DNA of 64,000 nucleotides. It comes from Myxococcota bacterium (GTDB lineage: Bacteria; Myxococcota_A; UBA9042; PHBI01; JAWLBL01). Position numbers and translations under genes: made by a program. The DNA lies in assembly GCA_041687695.1 (NCBI GenBank), contig JAWLBL010000023.1:51937-115936 (forward strand). Direction: 5' to 3'. Positions 55,430-64,000 of this stretch are shown here, one piece after another. The notes beneath the pieces are model-generated. The model was not told where the DNA came from. It searched no databases and was given only the letters and a program-made list of their open reading frames with translations. Numbering within the stretch: position 1 is the first letter of the stretch; each line of letters begins with the position of its first letter.

Positions 55430-55563
55430 AGCCGCTAGACCGCCTGCTTGTCCCCATCGCCACGCGGCGAGGCTTGCGGCGGCCGCGCGGGACGGCATAG
55501 GTTCCGCCTGGCCCGGCCTCGCTGGATGCCGTGGCCCCAGCCACCCCCGACCCGAGGAGACCC

Positions 55564-56493
55564 ATGCGCCGCATCCACGTCCTGCACGAACACGACGAGT
55601 GGGTGGTCCCGCTGCGCGCGGCGCTCGAGGCGCGCGACCTGCCGTACACGGAGTGGTTCCTGCACGAGGGCCAGCTGGACCTTTCGTCCGAGCCGCCCGA
55701 GGGCGTGTTCTACAACCGCATGAGCGCCTCGTCGCACACCCGCGGGCACGTCTACGCGCCCGAGTACACGGCCGCCGTCCTGGCCTGGCTCGAGCGGCAC
55801 GGCCGGCGCGTCCTGAACGGCCGCCGCGCGCTGCAGCTCGAGGTCAGCAAGGTCGAGCAGTACATGCAGCTCGAGCGCTTCGGCATCCCCTATCCGCGCA
55901 CCCTGGCGGCGGTCGGGCGCGAGGCCATCGTGCAGGCCGCCGAGCGCATGGAGGGGCCGTTCATCACCAAGCACAACCGCGCCGGCAAGGGGCTGGGTGT
56001 GCAGCTCTTCCGCGGCGTGGACGCGCTGCGCGAGTACGTCTTCGGACCCGACTTCGACGAGTCGCGCGACGGCGTCACCCTGGTGCAGCAGTACATCGAG
56101 GCGCCCGAGCCCTTCATCACGCGGGTCGAGTTCATCGGCGGCGAGCTGACCTACGCCGTGCGCGTCGACACCTCGCAGGGCTTCCAGCTGTGCCCCGCCG
56201 ACGCCTGCCAGGTGGGCGACGCCTTCTGCCCGGTCGGCGAGCAGGCCCCGCGCGCCATGTTCGAAATCCTGCCCGGCTGGGACAGCCCGCTGGTCCCGCG
56301 CTTCCTCGAGCTATTGCGCGCCAACGACGTCCACGTCGCGGCCTTCGAACTCATCGTCGACCGCGAGGGCCGCGCCTTCACCTACGATCTGAACACCAAC
56401 ACCAACTACAACGCCGAGGCCGAGGCCCGCGCCGGCGTGTCCAACATGGGCCGCCTCGCCGACTACATGGGCGCGCTGCTGCGCCAGCGCTGA
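55564..56493 (+). CDS. RimK-like ATP-grasp ligase
   Basis: GAGGAG RBS; YNRMSASSHTRGH, KHNRAGKGLGV, VQQYI, DLNTNTNYN. Confidence 0.85.
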   Translation: MRRIHVLHEHDEWVVPLRAALEARDLPYTEWFLHEGQLDLSSEPPEGVFYNRMSASSHTRGHVYAPEYTAAVLAWLERHGRRVLNGRRALQLEVSKVEQYMQLERFGIPYPRTLAAVGREAIVQAAERMEGPFITKHNRAGKGLGVQLFRGVDALREYVFGPDFDESRDGVTLVQQYIEAPEPFITRVEFIGGELTYAVRVDTSQGFQLCPADACQVGDAFCPVGEQAPRAMFEILPGWDSPLVPRFLELLRANDVHVAAFELIVDREGRAFTYDLNTNTNYNAEAEARAGVSNMGRLADYMGALLRQR

Positions 56494-56657
56494 GGCGCTC
56501 GCATCTTTTTCGAACTTCGCTTTGACAGCTGTCGGGGGGCGCGCGGTCTGCGCAGATGAAGGGGATGGCCGGCGGCGAAACGCGCCGAGGGGCCACCCCA
56601 TGTCGGGGCAATCCACACGCGCCCTCTCCGACTGTCCTACCTGCGAAGGAACACACC

Positions 56658-57038
56658 ATGAAGAAGATGCTGCTGGGTCTGGCGGCCGTCGGCCTCATCA
56701 CCCTCTCGGCCGGCAACGCGCTGGCCGGCGACAAGTGCAAGGACTTCACCGTCAAGTTCAAGAACAACGCGACCACGACCGTGAAGGTCACCAAGGTCGA
56801 GTACTACGACTACGACGACAACAAGTGGCGCAGCGAGTCGCTCACCTCGTCGAAGATCAACGCGGGCCAGACCTGGAACTGGAAGCGCAACTTCGAGCAC
56901 ATCGGCGGCGACAAGACCAAGTTCCGCGTGACGTACAAGAAGCAGATCGGCGGGACCAAGTGGACCGACGACCAGACCAAGGTCTCGGTCGAGCTGACCT
57001 GCAAGGACAACGGGTCCAAGGTCGTCACGCTCCCCTGA
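56658..57038 (+). CDS. Small secreted Lys/Thr-rich beta protein
   Basis: 126 aa; AAGGA RBS; signal peptide ending ALA; two Cys near the termini. Confidence 0.8.
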   Translation: MKKMLLGLAAVGLITLSAGNALAGDKCKDFTVKFKNNATTTVKVTKVEYYDYDDNKWRSESLTSSKINAGQTWNWKRNFEHIGGDKTKFRVTYKKQIGGTKWTDDQTKVSVELTCKDNGSKVVTLP

Positions 57039-57207
57039 CGCGCGGTGCGCCGGCGGGGCCGCATGTCGCGCCCCGTCGGCCGCGTTGGCCCCGCGTGCGC
57101 TCCATCGCTGGGCGCGAGGCGGTCTCGCGACGGGCCCTGTCGCGTTGCGAGCGCCGAACGCATCTGCTACCTCCTCACTCAGACGGAGTTGGGGAGGCCG
57201 GGTCACC

Positions 57208-59010
57208 TTGCACTTGAGAGCCGCCATCGTGGCGCTGGTCGCCTCGACGCTGGCGACGGGCGCGCCCGGGTGCGGCGAGCTCGCCGAGCCGTCTCAGGCC
57301 CCCGCCCTGGCCACGTGGTCCGTCGACCTGTCCGGCGCTCAGGGGCTGCCCCTCGAAGGCCCGCTGCGACTGAGCCTGGTCTGGTTCGCCCTCGACCCCG
57401 ACGGCTCGGGCCGCGGCCAGGCCCGCTCCGCCGACGAGCTGGGCCTCACCCCCCAGGATCTGGTCGGCTCGCAAGCCGTCGCGACTCGGCTGCCTCCCCG
57501 GGCGGCCCTGCTCGACGCCTCCGACCCGCGCCACGGAGTCGCCGCGCTGTGGCCCGACGGCACGCGCGGGGCCCTCGGGCGCATCCTCGCCTACGAAGAT
57601 CGCGACGGCGACGGCCGCTTCGGCTTGCCGGCGGCCGACTCCGGGACCGATCGCCCCGTCGGGGTGGTCGCGTCCCATGTCGTGATGTACGTCGAGGGCG
57701 CGGCCGCGGCGGGTGTCGCCTCGGAGACGGCGTTGGGCCCCGGCTTCCATCTCGTCGCGGACTGCCCCGAGGGCGGTTGCCCCGACGGACACGCCGAGAC
57801 CGTGCGCGTCACCTTCGACCAGGCCGACGCGCAGGGGGCGCTGCAGTGCGGGGACGAGCCGCCGTCGTCGCGGGACGTGGTCGAGACGGGAGCCTGGCCG
57901 TCGATGGCGCCTCCCGAGGGGAGCTGCGGGGCCGACGGCGTGTTCGTGGCCAACGAGGCCTGCGCGGTGGAGACGTCCGCCTGTCACGGGCGCGTCACGC
58001 GCTGCACACGCCGCGTGCTCGCGGTGCCGACCGACATGGGTCTGCGACGCGATTGGCCCTGTCCCATCCCGGACTGGTGCCACCCCGACTCGGAGGCCAA
58101 CCCCTGCCCGTGGCAGCTGATCGCCACCAAGGAGGTCGAGCCCTCCGGGGTCGTCGCCGACGACGCATTCTGGTACTGGGCGACCGCGGACGGAAGCATC
58201 CGCAGGGCCCCGCGAGCTGGGGGCGCCCCGCAGGACCTGTTCGTGCCTTCGACCCGAAGCGAACCCGCACCAGGGCATCGCGTGTTGCGGCGCGATGGCG
58301 AATGGCTCGTCTGGTTGGTGCTCAAGTCCGACACCATGCACCGGGTCCGACTCGACGGGACCGGCTCGATGGTCGTCAAGGTCGGCGATCCACAGGCCGG
58401 TGATCTCGAGCTCGAAGATGGCTGGATCTATTGGACGGTGCACGCCGCGGATGGCAGCCGGCCGTCCGCCGTCCGGGGCAAGCCCATCGTCGGTGGAGAC
58501 GGCCTGGCCTGGTCCATCGAAGGGCTCGGAAAGGTGCGCGCCCTGGCCTCGGACGCGACGCACCTGTACTGGCGCGACGAGGCGAACGGGTGGATTCAAC
58601 GCGTTCCCTATGGAGGCGAGACGCCCGAGACGCTCGCACAGACGGACCCGCTCGTGTCTGGCGTCGTGTCCGACGTCGGAGCCGGGTACGTCTACTGGTA
58701 CGAGACCATCGAAGCAGAGGTCGAGTTCACCGAACCCTCCTTGGCCATCCACCGGGTCTCGCTCGCCGACGGGGTCGACGAGCGTTGGCTGACGGGGCTG
58801 GCCCTGCCTCGCACCGTGCAGTTCGTCGGCGACGGTGTGGCGTGGCTGGACGAGCACGAGGGGTCGGTGCACTGGGCCTCGCTCGCAGGGGACGGCCCCG
58901 TGACGCTCGGGTTCGATGCGGCAGGCAACGGAACGCTCATGGCCGACGGTACGGGGATCGTCTGGACCCGGGTCGACGCTGGCACCGTTCGGCGCGCCGA
59001 GCTGCCCTGA
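57208..59010 (+). CDS. Lipoprotein with C-terminal YWTD-like beta-propeller
   Basis: TTG start after GGGGAGG; APGC lipobox-like; repeats WYWA, IYWT, LYWR, VYWY, IVWT. Confidence 0.65.
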   Translation: MHLRAAIVALVASTLATGAPGCGELAEPSQAPALATWSVDLSGAQGLPLEGPLRLSLVWFALDPDGSGRGQARSADELGLTPQDLVGSQAVATRLPPRAALLDASDPRHGVAALWPDGTRGALGRILAYEDRDGDGRFGLPAADSGTDRPVGVVASHVVMYVEGAAAAGVASETALGPGFHLVADCPEGGCPDGHAETVRVTFDQADAQGALQCGDEPPSSRDVVETGAWPSMAPPEGSCGADGVFVANEACAVETSACHGRVTRCTRRVLAVPTDMGLRRDWPCPIPDWCHPDSEANPCPWQLIATKEVEPSGVVADDAFWYWATADGSIRRAPRAGGAPQDLFVPSTRSEPAPGHRVLRRDGEWLVWLVLKSDTMHRVRLDGTGSMVVKVGDPQAGDLELEDGWIYWTVHAADGSRPSAVRGKPIVGGDGLAWSIEGLGKVRALASDATHLYWRDEANGWIQRVPYGGETPETLAQTDPLVSGVVSDVGAGYVYWYETIEAEVEFTEPSLAIHRVSLADGVDERWLTGLALPRTVQFVGDGVAWLDEHEGSVHWASLAGDGPVTLGFDAAGNGTLMADGTGIVWTRVDAGTVRRAELP

Positions 59011-59027
59011 GGCGCGCCGGCGCGTCG

Positions 59028-60596
59028 TCAGAGCTCGAACGACAGGCCCAGCTCGAGTCCAGCGTCCCACAGCGGCGCGAGCTCACCGCCGCGCCGCGCG
59101 AAGATGGCCTCCCCCCCCACCGTCGCCTCGAGCGACAGGGTGGCCGCGACGGGGATCCGCAGCGTCACCTCGCCGGACGGGCCGGCGCCCCACGCCACGT
59201 GCTCGCCGTCGAGATCGTAGCCGGCGTCGCCGAGGCGGTCGGCGTCGACGTGGCGCAGCCGCTGCACGATGCGGCGGACCGACGCCGCGACGCCCAGCTC
59301 GAGCTCGAAGGGGCCCAGCGCCAAGAGCCGCGCGAGCCGCGCCTCGCCGCCGAGCCAGCGCTCCTCGACGTCGTGGATGGCAGTCGCGTGATTCGCGCCG
59401 CCCAGCTGCAGGCCCGCGCCCAGGCGCCAGGCGCCCTGCAGGTAGCCATAGCGGAGCCGCGCGCGCGCGCCCAGGGCCTGTGACGTCCCGACGGCCCCGG
59501 CGCGGGCCCCGAGGAGGTGTCGCCGCAGCCGCAGCCCGCCGCCCTTGGCCACCAGAAGCGCCAGCGGCACCGGCGTGAAGGCGTTGGCGCCGAGCGCCTC
59601 GTGGCCTCCGTAGGGCACCGAGACCTCGACCGCGCCCGCGTCGCGCTCGGCGCGGCGGTGGACCAGCAGGCGCCCGGAGGGGACGGCGAGGCGCGTCGTC
59701 GCGTCGGGCAGGGCAGCGACCTCGGCGACGACGTTGCCCGAGGGCAGGTGGAACACCAGGTAGCGGACGTCGCGGCCGGCGGGCAGCGTCAGGCTGGCGC
59801 GCGCGCGGGACAGCCGCGTCAGGACGAGGGGGCCGGCGCCTTCGACGTGGGCTCGGAGCGCTGGGTGCTGCGTGGCGCCCGGCGCACCCAGCGAGCGTCG
59901 CAGCGTGCGTCCGTAGGCGTAGGCGTAGGCCTCGTCGAAGGTCACGCGGCCGTCGCGGTCGTGGTCGCCCGCGCCGCGCATCGCCGCGGCCATGTAGTGC
60001 GAGAAGATGGCCCCGCCGAGCTCGTCGGACTCCTGGGCGGCCTCTCCGGCCGACGACGAGCGCAGGACCAGGGCCCCGGCCGGGCCGGGCGGCGCGTCGA
60101 GGCGCACGTCGAAGGGCTCGACCTCGGCGAAGCCTTTGGGCCGCCCGGCGCCCGTGCGGCAGGCGTCCAGGATGACCAGGCGCAGGCCGGCCGAGACCCG
60201 GGCGGCGGCCCGCTCGAGCTCGGCGACCGGCAGGCGCTGCCCCGACAGGTGCAGGTGCGCCTCGTCGCCGTGGCCGCTGAAGTAGACGATGAGGGTGACG
60301 TCCTCGGGCGCGCGGCCGCGGGCGAGGCGGGCGGCCCGGTCGAAGGCCTTCAGCAGGGCGTCGGCCGAGCGGTTCTCGAGGACGATGGCGTGCTCGGGGG
60401 CGACGTCGCCGAGATCGGTGAAGACCGAGGCGATGCGGCGGGCGTCGGCGGCCGCGTGACGCAGGGGCAGCTCGTCGGCCAGGCCGACGTCGTTGCCGGC
60501 GGCGACCAGCACGCGGAGCGGCGCGGCGAGGGCGGCGGCGGGCAAGAGGACGAGCGCGGAGAGCGCCGCCGCCAGGGCGAGGCGCCAGGGCCTCAT
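59028..60596 (-). CDS. Secreted caspase-family (peptidase C14) protein with C-terminal beta-barrel-like region
   Basis: 522 aa from ATG 60596; signal peptide; YFSGHG, ILDAC, AQESDELGG, DHDRDGRVTFDEA; ends LGLSFEL. Confidence 0.85.
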   Translation of the reverse strand: MRPWRLALAAALSALVLLPAAALAAPLRVLVAAGNDVGLADELPLRHAAADARRIASVFTDLGDVAPEHAIVLENRSADALLKAFDRAARLARGRAPEDVTLIVYFSGHGDEAHLHLSGQRLPVAELERAAARVSAGLRLVILDACRTGAGRPKGFAEVEPFDVRLDAPPGPAGALVLRSSSAGEAAQESDELGGAIFSHYMAAAMRGAGDHDRDGRVTFDEAYAYAYGRTLRRSLGAPGATQHPALRAHVEGAGPLVLTRLSRARASLTLPAGRDVRYLVFHLPSGNVVAEVAALPDATTRLAVPSGRLLVHRRAERDAGAVEVSVPYGGHEALGANAFTPVPLALLVAKGGGLRLRRHLLGARAGAVGTSQALGARARLRYGYLQGAWRLGAGLQLGGANHATAIHDVEERWLGGEARLARLLALGPFELELGVAASVRRIVQRLRHVDADRLGDAGYDLDGEHVAWGAGPSGEVTLRIPVAATLSLEATVGGEAIFARRGGELAPLWDAGLELGLSFEL

Positions 60597-61324
60597 GGGC
60601 GGCCTCGCGACAGGAGGGGGAGGGTGACGACCTGCGAGAAGTCGCCGCTGTCGATCGCGTGGGTGACCGCCGCGGGCGAGCCAACCACGATGCGGGCGGT
60701 CATCGGGCGCGCGTCCACCTCGAAGGTGCTCGACAGGACGTGCGCGCCCGGCTCGTAGGCGGTGTCCTCGGCCAGGGCGATCCAGGTGCGGCCGGTCTCG
60801 TCGTACAGGCCGATGGTCAGCGGCTCGGCGATGGGGACGGTGAGCTCGACCCGCAGGCGGTCGCCCGGCAGGAGGTCGACCGGCGTCACGTGGCGGCGCT
60901 GCAGGCCGTCGCGCAGCACGATGGCGGCGACCGTCGGCCCATCGGCCGTGGTGCTGGGCGGGGCCCCCTTCAGGCGCACCTGCGGGGTCGTGGGCGTCGC
61001 ACCGCCCCCGGCGCCCGGCTGGAGGGACGCGGGCGGCTGGCCCACGAACAGCAGCAGGGCCGTGGCGGCCAGCCCGAGCGCGACGGCCGGCGCCCACAGC
61101 CAACGTCGCCCTTGCGGGGGCGCCTCGGCGCGCTGGCGGATCGCGCGGGCGAAGTCTTCGGGCGGCGTGCGGGCCAGCAGCGTGGCCTGCTCGGCGCGCA
61201 GCGCCGCGAGGTAGCCGCGGCAGCGTTCGCAGTCTGCGGCGTGGGCCAGCGCCTCGGGGTCGTCCGCGCCGGCGGAGACGGCCTCGAGCCGGAAGGCCGA
61301 GGGGTGCGCGTGGGGCTCAGACAC
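60593..61324 (-). CDS. Zinc-finger (ZAS) transmembrane anti-sigma factor
   Basis: HAADCERC (Hx3Cx2C); one TM; overlaps the ECF sigma and caspase genes. Confidence 0.8.
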   Translation of the reverse strand: MSEPHAHPSAFRLEAVSAGADDPEALAHAADCERCRGYLAALRAEQATLLARTPPEDFARAIRQRAEAPPQGRRWLWAPAVALGLAATALLLFVGQPPASLQPGAGGGATPTTPQVRLKGAPPSTTADGPTVAAIVLRDGLQRRHVTPVDLLPGDRLRVELTVPIAEPLTIGLYDETGRTWIALAEDTAYEPGAHVLSSTFEVDARPMTARIVVGSPAAVTHAIDSGDFSQVVTLPLLSRGRP

Positions 61325-61811
61325 GGTCGCGTCCTCCCAGCTTCTGCAGGCGCTCGCGGATGAGGCCCAGGCGTTTGTTGACCGTCTGCCGCGAGCAGCC
61401 GATCTCGTCGGCGATCTCGCCCTGGCTCAGCTCGTCGACGAAGGCGAGCACGGCCAGCTGCCGATCGGCGTCGTTCAGCTTGGCCAGGAGCCCGCGCCAG
61501 ACCTGCCGCGAGACCAGCCCGGCCTCGGGGTGGGCGCCGGCGAGGTCGACGTCCAGCTCGCTCTCGCGGCGGCGCTTGGCCTTCGCCAGAAGATCGAAGC
61601 AGCAGCGATCCGCGACCCGGTACAGCCACCGCAGGGGCGCGTCGACCGTCCTCAGCTCGGCGCCGTAGCGCATCACCTTCACGAAGACCTCCTGCAAGGC
61701 GTCGTCGGCCAGCGCGGCGTCGCGCAGCACCAGCCGGCAGCGTCTGAGGACCAGCGCGCCATAGACGCGGTAGACCTCGGCGACCTCGGCGTTAGAGAGC
61801 CCGGCCGCCAC
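61317..61811 (-). CDS. ECF RNA polymerase sigma factor
   Basis: ADDALQEVFVKV, WLYRVA, LSQGEIADEIGCSRQTV. Confidence 0.9.
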   Translation of the reverse strand: MAAGLSNAEVAEVYRVYGALVLRRCRLVLRDAALADDALQEVFVKVMRYGAELRTVDAPLRWLYRVADRCCFDLLAKAKRRRESELDVDLAGAHPEAGLVSRQVWRGLLAKLNDADRQLAVLAFVDELSQGEIADEIGCSRQTVNKRLGLIRERLQKLGGRDRV

Positions 61812-62000
61812 TACCCTAGACCTCGGCCGGGGCCTGAGCTGTCAACCCGAACCGTCATGCAGGTGGCGTTCATGGTGGCGTTTATAGGCCGAGCGGCCCC
61901 CGGTGCGCCACCCGGGACGCTAGGCGCGAGGCGCGCCTGAGCACACCGGCTCGAGCTCGCGTCGCGCGGCTGCGTCCGCTGGCGCTCAGCCCCTCGGCGA

Positions 62001-62027
62001 CCCGGGACGCGCCGTCCGCGTCCCGGG
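62001..62027 (-). terminator. GC-rich hairpin downstream of the beta-propeller gene
   Basis: 11-bp stem CCCGGGACGCG/CGCGTCCCGGG with 5-nt loop; no U-tract. Confidence 0.4.
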
Positions 62028-62065
62028 GTCACCGGCCGAGTGTGGCATTCCTCCCCACAAGGGTG

Positions 62066-63472
62066 TCAGCGCGCGACGTCGGGGCCGACCCGCAGCACGA
62101 AGGCGTCTCGTCGCCCGCCACTGGCCTGCCCAGGCACCAGGGAGCCAGTGGTCGCGCCGCCCACCACGACGCCGCAGGCGTCCCAGGCGACCGCCGTCGG
62201 CTGGTCCAGCCCGTCCGACCCCCACTGGCCGGCCCACAGCACCGCGCCGTCCGCGTCGACCGCGAACGCGAACACGTCGCTCGGCCCGCGCAGGGTCGCG
62301 CCGGGGACCGCCACGCCCAGCGTCTCCGCGACGACCACGACCTCGCCGGCCGGCCCGACCGCCAGGTCGGTCACCCAGTCGGACTCCGGCCCGCCGACCT
62401 GGCGCACCCAGCGCGGCGCCAGGGTCTCGGGATCGAGGCGCGCCACGAAGGCGTCCTGGCCGCCGTGCTGCGCCTCGCCCAGCCGCCCCGCGGTCGTGCC
62501 GGCGACGAGCAGGTCGCCGTCGGCCGCCACCGCCACGGCCGCGAGGTGGTCGAAGGGGCTGCGCGCCACCGTGTGCTCGCGCACGACGACCCCGTCGCCG
62601 TCGAGCTGGGCCAAAAAGCCACCCGCGCTCGGCCCCGCCGTGTTGGTGCCGGCCAGCCACGCGCTGCCGTCCGCGGTGACGGCGAGGCCGTTGCCGAAGT
62701 CGCTCTGCGGCGAGTCGAGCAGGGTGCGATAGACCTGCACCGGGGGGCCGTCCGGGTCCGGCGGCGTGAAGGCGGCGACCCAGGGGTTCTCCCAGGCCTC
62801 GACGAAGTTGGTGGGTATGTACACCTCGTCGAAGCCGGCGACGACGACCCGGCCGAGCGGGTCGAACACTACGCGGCGGGGCACCTCGGGCCGGGCGGTC
62901 CCAAACGGCCAGGCCTGCATCGGATCACCCGGCCTCGCGCGCCCCAGGACCAGGTCGAAGCTGCCCTGCGGCGCGGCGCCCGCCAGCGCCCCGCGCGTCC
63001 GGCCGGCGAACCACACGGTGCCATCCGGCGCCTGCGTCACCGCCTCGACGATGTCGGTCGCGGGCGTCTGCAGCGTCACCTCGGCGACCTCGCCATCGAC
63101 GCTCACCCACCGCACGAACCCGGTGGCGTCGCCCACCGGGCCGTCGTTCGCGACGCCCACCCGTCCGCCCCGATACCCGGCCACGAGCACTCGCCCCGCG
63201 TGGTCGACCGCCAGCCCGCGCACCTCGTCGTCCAGCGCGCCGCCCCACTGCAGCGCCCCCCAGGCGCCCGCGCAGTCCGGCGGCTCCGGGGCGGCGTCGG
63301 GCCCGGCGTCGGGCTCCGCGTCCGGCTCCGCGTCGTGCCCGTCGTCCTGCCAGACGTCCTCGGCCGTGTCCGGCCGCTGCGGCTCGCTCCCGTCGCCTCC
63401 GCACGCCTGCAGCAGCCCTCCGACCACCAGCCCCACCACGCCGCGCGCCATCCTCGACCCGAATCGCTTCAT
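62066..63472 (-). CDS. Beta-propeller (SBBP-like) lipoprotein
   Basis: LQAC lipobox; repeats GxTxGxLxG...GxxDxFVxR and QWG...D...AVA. Confidence 0.8.
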   Translation of the reverse strand: MKRFGSRMARGVVGLVVGGLLQACGGDGSEPQRPDTAEDVWQDDGHDAEPDAEPDAGPDAAPEPPDCAGAWGALQWGGALDDEVRGLAVDHAGRVLVAGYRGGRVGVANDGPVGDATGFVRWVSVDGEVAEVTLQTPATDIVEAVTQAPDGTVWFAGRTRGALAGAAPQGSFDLVLGRARPGDPMQAWPFGTARPEVPRRVVFDPLGRVVVAGFDEVYIPTNFVEAWENPWVAAFTPPDPDGPPVQVYRTLLDSPQSDFGNGLAVTADGSAWLAGTNTAGPSAGGFLAQLDGDGVVVREHTVARSPFDHLAAVAVAADGDLLVAGTTAGRLGEAQHGGQDAFVARLDPETLAPRWVRQVGGPESDWVTDLAVGPAGEVVVVAETLGVAVPGATLRGPSDVFAFAVDADGAVLWAGQWGSDGLDQPTAVAWDACGVVVGGATTGSLVPGQASGGRRDAFVLRVGPDVAR

Positions 63473-63833
63473 CGTTTCCGCCTCCATGGCCCCGGGCACA
63501 AGCAAAACCCGTGCCGTGCGGCCCAGGGCCCGACCGCGTGTCCCCACCCCGCGCAGCGAGCTGCGCGGAGCCGGAGCACGAGCGAGCTCCTGAAGTCCGG
63601 TCGCGAACCACCCATCCAAGGGCGCGTATTTTTTGGGCCCACCGCCTTCCAGCCCGCCAGCTCCGCCCAACTCCGTATCCGCCTTCTGGGGTCGCCGGCT
63701 GCCGAGGGCGAAACGCCATCGCAGCCTCGCACCCGGACCGACTGGGAGCCGGCGGTCCCGGCAAGGCTGCGGCTTGGAGCCCGCGCACCGGGGCGTACGT
63801 TTGTCGAGTCGCGCCCCGGGGAGACCGCAACCG

Positions 63834-64000
63834 GTGGCACATTCCAGCCGACATGCCTTCGAGGCGCACACGGGCGAGGTGCGCCTGGTCGCCGAGGCGC
63901 CGAGCCGCGCCGCGCTGTTCGAGGAGGTCGGGCGCGCGGTCGCGGAGCTGATGGGCCCCGAGGACCGGCCGGATCGGCAGGCCGGCGAGTCACGAGCCGT
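63834..64000 (+). CDS. Archease-family protein, 5' part (runs off the window)
   Basis: GGGGAG RBS; GTG start; MAHSSRHAFEAHTGEVRLVAEAPSRAALFEEVGRAVAELM resembles the archease H-T-(A/G)-(D/E) N-terminus; absent from the ORF track. Confidence 0.7.
   Translation, partial: MAHSSRHAFEAHTGEVRLVAEAPSRAALFEEVGRAVAELMGPEDRPDRQAGESRA

Noticed and set aside
56540..56650. c-di-GMP or fluoride riboswitch
   Set aside because: Conserved core nucleotides of those families were not found; kept only as a generic structured leader

Overview
A very GC-rich bacterial window with about 42 plausible genes. The CDDGDxCT Cys-repeat lipoproteins, a MYXO-CTERM-like tail and an ECF/anti-sigma/caspase operon suggest Myxococcota; this is an inference. 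In order, the window holds: a reduced DUF5682/DUF5691/SWIM-type cluster; a giant Cys-repeat lipoprotein with three C-type lectin domains; a secreted caspase-like protein; a cytochrome c/beta-barrel fusion with a pentaheme cytochrome; a first Lhr helicase; a MATE exporter preceded by an unannotated 47-aa leader ORF; a 1549-aa effector-like protein facing a coupled four-gene operon built around an Afp15/Pvc15-type AAA+ ATPase; a second Lhr helicase; an Mre11/SbcD-YhaN-kinase operon; an S8 protease; cupin/TetR; an alpha/beta-hydrolase; an ATP-grasp ligase; beta-propeller lipoproteins; a second secreted caspase-like protein with its ECF operon; and the 5' end of an archease gene. Each Lhr gene has toxin-antitoxin-like genes at its 3' end. 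No rRNA, tRNA, CRISPR array, transposase or phage structural gene was recognised. The best candidates for undescribed biology are the orphan eCIS-type ATPase/effector/STAND-like module (24458-35078), the MATE leader peptide with an internal anti-SD (20927-21308) and the convergent GNAT + BldC-like pair (39666-40717). All family calls come from motif recognition by eye, not database searches. Many start codons were re-chosen relative to the ORF track.
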